Source of the DNA: an uncultured Thermoleophilia bacterium
Lineage (GTDB): Bacteria; Actinomycetota; Thermoleophilia; UBA2241
Assembly (NCBI GenBank): GCA_963702475.1
Contig: CAVPCT010000006.1
Span: 64,001 to 128,000 of the forward strand
Length of the DNA: 64,000 nucleotides
Direction: 5' to 3'
In this document: in pieces, positions 59,781 to 64,000 of the stretch
Position numbering within the stretch: the stretch's first letter is position 1
How the letters are laid out: each line of letters begins with the position of its first letter
Notes under the pieces: generated by a model
Told to the model about the DNA's origin: nothing
Seen by the model: only the letters and a program-made list of their open reading frames with translations
Databases searched by the model: none
Made by a program: the position numbers and the translations under genes

Positions 59781-61217
59781 ATGCCGTCGCCGCGACTCGC
59801 CATGCTCGGCCCGGCCGACCGCGACAGGATCCACGAGAGTACTCTGCACGTTCTCGAACGCGTCGGCGTGCGCTTTCAGAGCGCGGCCGCGCGCGCTGTC
59901 CTCGCGGGGGCCGGCTGCGCCGTGGACGACGACCGCGGTCTGGTGCGGATCCCGCGGCGAGTGGTGGAGTGGGCGCTCGACCAGCTGCCTCGCGACGTGG
60001 TGCTCGCGGGTCGCGACCCGGCGCGCGATGCGATGCTCGACGGGTCGCGCACGTTCGCGACGGTGGCCGGCATCTGCCCGTTCATCGTCGACCTCGACAC
60101 GGGCCTGTACCGGGAGCCGCGGCTCGAGGACCTCGAGATGGTGACGCGGGTCGCCGACGCGCTCGACGCCTACGGCATCGTGTGGTACTCGGTGAGCCCA
60201 ACCGGCGGCGTCCCCGCGGTCCTCGTCGATCTCGCCGCCACCGCGTGCATGCTGCAGAACACCGGCAAGCACGTGATGGGTCAGGTGCTCCGCCCCGAGC
60301 AGGTCCCGTACGCTCTCGAGCTCGTGCGCCTTCTGGGAGGCGCCCGTAACGGCGAGGCGCCTCCGGTGTTCTCCGTGATCTACTGTCCCGTGGCGCCGCT
60401 GCAGCACGACGGGCCGGCGCTCGAAGCCGCCATGGCCTTGGCAGCGCAGCGCGTGCCGATCGACATCTTCAGCCTCGCGCTGGCGGGCGCGACGGCGCCG
60501 GTCCCCCTCGCCGCCACCGTCATGCAGACGAACTGCGAGGTGCTGAGCGCCGTCGTCCTGCTCCAGCTCACGGCGCCCGGCTGCCCGTTGATCTACTCCG
60601 CCAACGCCGCTCTCATGGACATGAAGACGTCGCGCATCGCGGTGTCCACGCCGGAGACGCTGCTCATGAACGTGGCGCAGACCGAGCTCGCCCACTCCTA
60701 CGGCATGCCGGCCCTGAGCGTCGGCTACGTCCCGGACTCGAGCGAGCTGGGGTTCCGCGCGGGTGTCGAGGACATGGCCCTGGCGCTGCTCACGAGGCTC
60801 GGTCGCCCGGACATCATGACCGGGCTCGGCACGCTCGAGTCGGGTCAGGCGGTCTCGCTGCCCAAGATGATGCTCGACGCGGAGCTCGTCTCGTACCTCG
60901 AGCACGTCGGCGGCGGGTTCGCGGTGGACGACGACAGCTTGTGTGTCGACGCCATCGCCCGGACAGGGCCGGGCGGGCAGTTCCTGAGCCTGAAAGAGAC
61001 GCGGACACGGCTGCGCGCCGGCGAGCACTGGCAACCCGCCCTGCTGCGGCGGGCGTCGTACGCCGACGTGCGCAAGGGATCGCCGGACGAGGCGGAGCGA
61101 GCTCGCGAGGCCGTGCTCGAGCTGCTCGCGAGCCACCGGCCGCCGGAGATGGGGCCGGGAGTCGCCGAGGACGTCGCGGCGCTCCTGGCTGCGGCCGAGA
61201 TGGAGCTGTCTTCCTGA
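59781..61217 (+). CDS. MttB-superfamily methyltransferase, non-pyrrolysine type
   Basis: IHESTLHVLERVGV, PVAPL, GATAPV.LA, NCEVL, GPGGQFL. The Pyl-equivalent segment reads MPALSVGY-V-PDS with no stop. Confidence 0.88.
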   Translation: MPSPRLAMLGPADRDRIHESTLHVLERVGVRFQSAAARAVLAGAGCAVDDDRGLVRIPRRVVEWALDQLPRDVVLAGRDPARDAMLDGSRTFATVAGICPFIVDLDTGLYREPRLEDLEMVTRVADALDAYGIVWYSVSPTGGVPAVLVDLAATACMLQNTGKHVMGQVLRPEQVPYALELVRLLGGARNGEAPPVFSVIYCPVAPLQHDGPALEAAMALAAQRVPIDIFSLALAGATAPVPLAATVMQTNCEVLSAVVLLQLTAPGCPLIYSANAALMDMKTSRIAVSTPETLLMNVAQTELAHSYGMPALSVGYVPDSSELGFRAGVEDMALALLTRLGRPDIMTGLGTLESGQAVSLPKMMLDAELVSYLEHVGGGFAVDDDSLCVDAIARTGPGGQFLSLKETRTRLRAGEHWQPALLRRASYADVRKGSPDEAERAREAVLELLASHRPPEMGPGVAEDVAALLAAAEMELSS

Positions 61218-61242
61218 GCCTGGCCGGCGGTCGCCGATCGGC

Positions 61243-62067
61243 TCAGGCGGCGGCGCGACGCGGCTTGCCCGCCGCCGGCGGCCCCGGCACGGGGGCGGCG
61301 TTCGCCAGCACGGCGCGCTTCTTGCCGAACACCCAGATCAGCGCGACGCCGATGAGCACGCTCACGATGGCCACCCACTGCGGCTGCGTGAGCCCGGCGA
61401 ACCAGACCGGATTGCGCCGCAGGAACTCCACGAAGAAGCGCTCGACGGCCGACAGCACGAGGAACCAGCCGAACGTCCACCAGCCGGACTTGTCGTAGCG
61501 CGTCGCGAGGCGCCAGAGGATCCAGACGACGAACGCCATGATGATGATCTCGTAGATCGGCGTGGGGTGGACGCGCACACCCGGCGGGGTCGGCACCGTG
61601 CCGTCGGGGTAGCCCATCGCCCACGGCAGGTCCGACGGCTTGCCGTAGTCGCCGTCGCCGGCGAGCTGGCAGCCGATGCGGCCGATGAGGTAGCCGAACG
61701 CAGTGGCGGGCGCCATGGCGTTGGCGATGATGTCCAGCGGCACCTTGCGGATGAGCGTCCAGCCGACGACGCCCACGAACCCGCCGATGAGGCCGCCGTA
61801 CCAGGTGAAGCCGATGCCGCCGAACAGCGTCCCCCAGAAGTCGGCCTGCACGGTCGACCAGTTCTCGAACATGTAGTAGATGCGGGCGCCGACGAAGCCG
61901 CCGATGCCGGCGGCGACGATGAGCTCGTAGGCGAAGTCGCCGCTCAGGCCGCGCCGCCGCACGAGCGGACGGACGATGGTGATGCCCGGCACGATGAGCG
62001 CGAGCGCGGCCATCAGCCCAAAGCTGTAGACCTTGAAGTTGCCTATCTGGAAGAGGAGCGGTCGCAT
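61243..62067 (-). CDS. lgt: Prolipoprotein diacylglyceryl transferase
   Basis: GARIYY, WYGGLIGG, GRIGC, HPTPIYE, RFFVEFLR. Confidence 0.93.
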   Translation of the reverse strand: MRPLLFQIGNFKVYSFGLMAALALIVPGITIVRPLVRRRGLSGDFAYELIVAAGIGGFVGARIYYMFENWSTVQADFWGTLFGGIGFTWYGGLIGGFVGVVGWTLIRKVPLDIIANAMAPATAFGYLIGRIGCQLAGDGDYGKPSDLPWAMGYPDGTVPTPPGVRVHPTPIYEIIIMAFVVWILWRLATRYDKSGWWTFGWFLVLSAVERFFVEFLRRNPVWFAGLTQPQWVAIVSVLIGVALIWVFGKKRAVLANAAPVPGPPAAGKPRRAAA

Positions 62068-62068
62068 C

Positions 62069-63448
62069 TCAGCGCTTCACGTGAAGGTAGCCTCTGTTGT
62101 CCTTGATCGTGACGGCGGTACCCAGATCCGCTGAGAGGCTCTTCACCCGTTTCAGGATGCTGAGCCCGGTGCTGCCTCTCGCCACGGCGGGGATGCCTGA
62201 GCTGCTGATGGTCACGGGGATGAGCTTGGCGTCGATGGAGTCCTTCTTCATGGATGCCTTCACGAGGACGGTCTGCGCGGTCTCGCCGGAGAATCCGCTG
62301 AACACGAGGTTCCCCAGGCTGTAGAAGATGAGTCCACCGTGGTAGGCCTGTACGCCGTCGAGGAGGTGCGGGTGGTGGGCGAACACGAGGTTGGCGCCGG
62401 CGTCGATGGCGGCCCTTCCCTCGCTCGACTCGAGCGGGCTGGGCGCGCGCTTGTACTCGAAGTTCCAGTGCCAGCCGACGACGACGAAGTCGGACTTCTT
62501 CGCCGCGTTGCGGATGCTGGTCTTGACGGCGTTGAGGTTGGAGCGGCCCGGCGACGTGCCCGGGCTGGACGCCGTCGCCGGGTAGCCGGCCGGCAGCACA
62601 TCGGTGAAACCAAGAAAGGCCGTCTTCGTACCGTTCTCGCTGAGCACGGCGCCGGCCTGGGCCTGCTTCAGCGTCTTGCCGGCGCCGACCACGGTGATGC
62701 CGGCCTTCTCGCAGTACCTGACCGAGTCGAGAAGGCCGGAGTCGCCGTAGTCGCCGGCGTGGTTGTTGGCCATGGTCACCGCGTCGATGCCGCTGCCGGC
62801 CATGGCCTTGGCCAGCGCCGGGTTGCCCTTGATGATGACGTCCTTCCAGCCCTGTGGGTCGCCGCCGTGGGTGAGCGGAGACTCGAGGTTCACGAAGCCG
62901 TGGTCGCTGGCCTCGAAGAAGGGCGCGATGTCCTTGAACAGCCCCGCGCCCATGCTGCCCACGACCGAGGAGACGCCGAAGCCGCCGATGACGTCGCCGC
63001 CGGCGGTGACGGTGGCGGCTTTGGGGGATGGCGTGGGCGTCCGGGTGCGGGTCGGGCTGGGCGACGGCGATGCTGCGGTTGCGGAGGCGGCGTCACCGGC
63101 GGGCTGCACGGAGCCGGACGCGGCGGTCGCCTTGGTGCCGGCGGCCGCGTCGTTGCTGAAGGGCCGCACGACCGCCACGGCCGCCGTGGCCAGGACGACC
63201 ACGAGGATCAGAAGGGCGAGTGCGACGAGCCTGCCGCGGCCGCGCCGCCGCCGGCTGCCTCCGGCGTTCGGCCGGTGCGGGCCGCTCGGCGGACGGGTCC
63301 CGCTGCCGTGTGGCGCTGCGGAGCCGCGGATCCCAGCGCTCGGATGGGCATCCGGGCGCTCGCCCCGCCCGGCATCCGAGCCGCCGGGCGGCCCGCCGGC
63401 CTCGCCGGCGCGGTATCTGGTGTACGGTTTTGGATCTCCGGGCGTCAT
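62069..63448 (-). CDS. CapA/PGA_cap family metallophosphatase-like membrane-anchored protein
   Basis: GDV, NLESP, ANNHAGDYG, HWNFEY, HHPH, YSLGNLVF; one TM helix. Confidence 0.9.
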   Translation of the reverse strand: MTPGDPKPYTRYRAGEAGGPPGGSDAGRGERPDAHPSAGIRGSAAPHGSGTRPPSGPHRPNAGGSRRRRGRGRLVALALLILVVVLATAAVAVVRPFSNDAAAGTKATAASGSVQPAGDAASATAASPSPSPTRTRTPTPSPKAATVTAGGDVIGGFGVSSVVGSMGAGLFKDIAPFFEASDHGFVNLESPLTHGGDPQGWKDVIIKGNPALAKAMAGSGIDAVTMANNHAGDYGDSGLLDSVRYCEKAGITVVGAGKTLKQAQAGAVLSENGTKTAFLGFTDVLPAGYPATASSPGTSPGRSNLNAVKTSIRNAAKKSDFVVVGWHWNFEYKRAPSPLESSEGRAAIDAGANLVFAHHPHLLDGVQAYHGGLIFYSLGNLVFSGFSGETAQTVLVKASMKKDSIDAKLIPVTISSSGIPAVARGSTGLSILKRVKSLSADLGTAVTIKDNRGYLHVKR

Positions 63449-63552
63449 CGTTCTGGCGAGGATACACTCGGGTCGGGTCGGGAGCCATTCGGCCCACACC
63501 GGTCAGAGGTCGGGCCGGCGCGGACGTCCCCTTCAGGTACTACACTCGAGAG

Positions 63553-64000
63553 GTGACACCTGCCGCCCGTTTCGCGCGCATCGTGCGCAACCCGTCGCTG
63601 TATCCCGGCGTCGCCGAGGCCCTCGGTCCGGGCTTCCCGTGGCACACGCACGCTGCAAGCCCTCGGTCGTCCCAGGCGCTCTGCCTCAGCGCCTGGGCGC
63701 CGCTGGCCGGCCTGGAGGTCCGTCACGAGGTGATCGAGCGTCTGCTCACGGAGTGGCTGCCGGACCCGGCGGCGCAGGGCGCCGGCGCGCGGCGCTGGAG
63801 CATCGCGCTGGAGGTCTCGGACCCCGCCGTCCTCGGCGAGCGGGGCGGGCGCCCGAGCGCCATCGACGTCGTGCTCGAGTCCCGCGACGCGGTCGTCTGC
63901 GTCGAGTCGAAGTTCCTGAGAGACGCCCTGGCCGGTTTCCGCGGCTGCGACCAGTTCCCGCAGGCGTGCCGCGGGTTCCACGGGCCGGGCTCGGACCGCG
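63553..64000 (+). CDS. Putative PD-(D/E)XK restriction-endonuclease-like protein, 3'-partial
   Basis: Open frame absent from the ORF track: ..WHTHAASPRSSQALC..LEVSDPAVLGE..PSAIDVVL..VCVESKF. TACACT 6 nt before the GTG suggests a leaderless start. Confidence 0.65.
   Translation, partial: MTPAARFARIVRNPSLYPGVAEALGPGFPWHTHAASPRSSQALCLSAWAPLAGLEVRHEVIERLLTEWLPDPAAQGAGARRWSIALEVSDPAVLGERGGRPSAIDVVLESRDAVVCVESKFLRDALAGFRGCDQFPQACRGFHGPGSDR

Noticed and set aside
1-64000. pylT/pylS/pylBCD, tRNA or rRNA genes, CRISPR arrays, and the many long antisense or off-frame ORFs
   Set aside because: None was recognised by eye, though a divergent tRNA-Pyl cannot be excluded without a covariance search. The long shadow ORFs are Arg/Gly/Pro/Ala-rich products of high GC that overlap well-supported genes.

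Overview
Gene-dense, very high-GC bacterial window (roughly 70% by eye). The gene content (rhaI-type isomerase, corrinoid proteins, tungsten AOR, TAGACT/TACACT-type -10 boxes) suggests an anaerobic Actinomycetota such as Thermoleophilia; this is inference only. There are three blocks. (1) ~130-26,400: an accessory catabolic region with a corrinoid protein plus UroD/MtaA-fold pair, L-rhamnose genes (GH78, rhaD, rhaB, rhaI), a split LIV-type ABC transporter, an IS630 element, a FadR regulator, a Mo-hydroxylase whose FAD subunit carries an inserted GltD-like module, a tungsten-type AOR and a class II aldolase. Truncated paralogs of its own genes flank it on both sides. (2) ~26,800-43,000: housekeeping and miscellaneous genes (hom, cysteine desulfurase-like, HAD-GH65 fusion, USP, P-type ATPase, MFS, GNAT, a plant-HPR1-like dehydrogenase, an amidinotransferase). 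(3) 43,000-61,200: a divergent locus around a DeoR gene that couples sugar catabolism and peptide-type ABC uptake to corrinoid methyl transfer. The top finding is in block 3. The ORF track splits a trimethylamine-methyltransferase gene (mttB, 45582->44119) in two at an in-frame TAG (44599-44601). That TAG sits exactly at the pyrrolysine position of methanogen MttB (WVAGL-TAG-ADSK), pointing to genetic-code expansion with pyrrolysine. A second, non-Pyl MttB paralog lies on the other arm of the same locus. No pylTSBCD genes, rRNA, tRNA or CRISPR array were recognised in the window. About nine single-base frameshifts look like sequencing indels.
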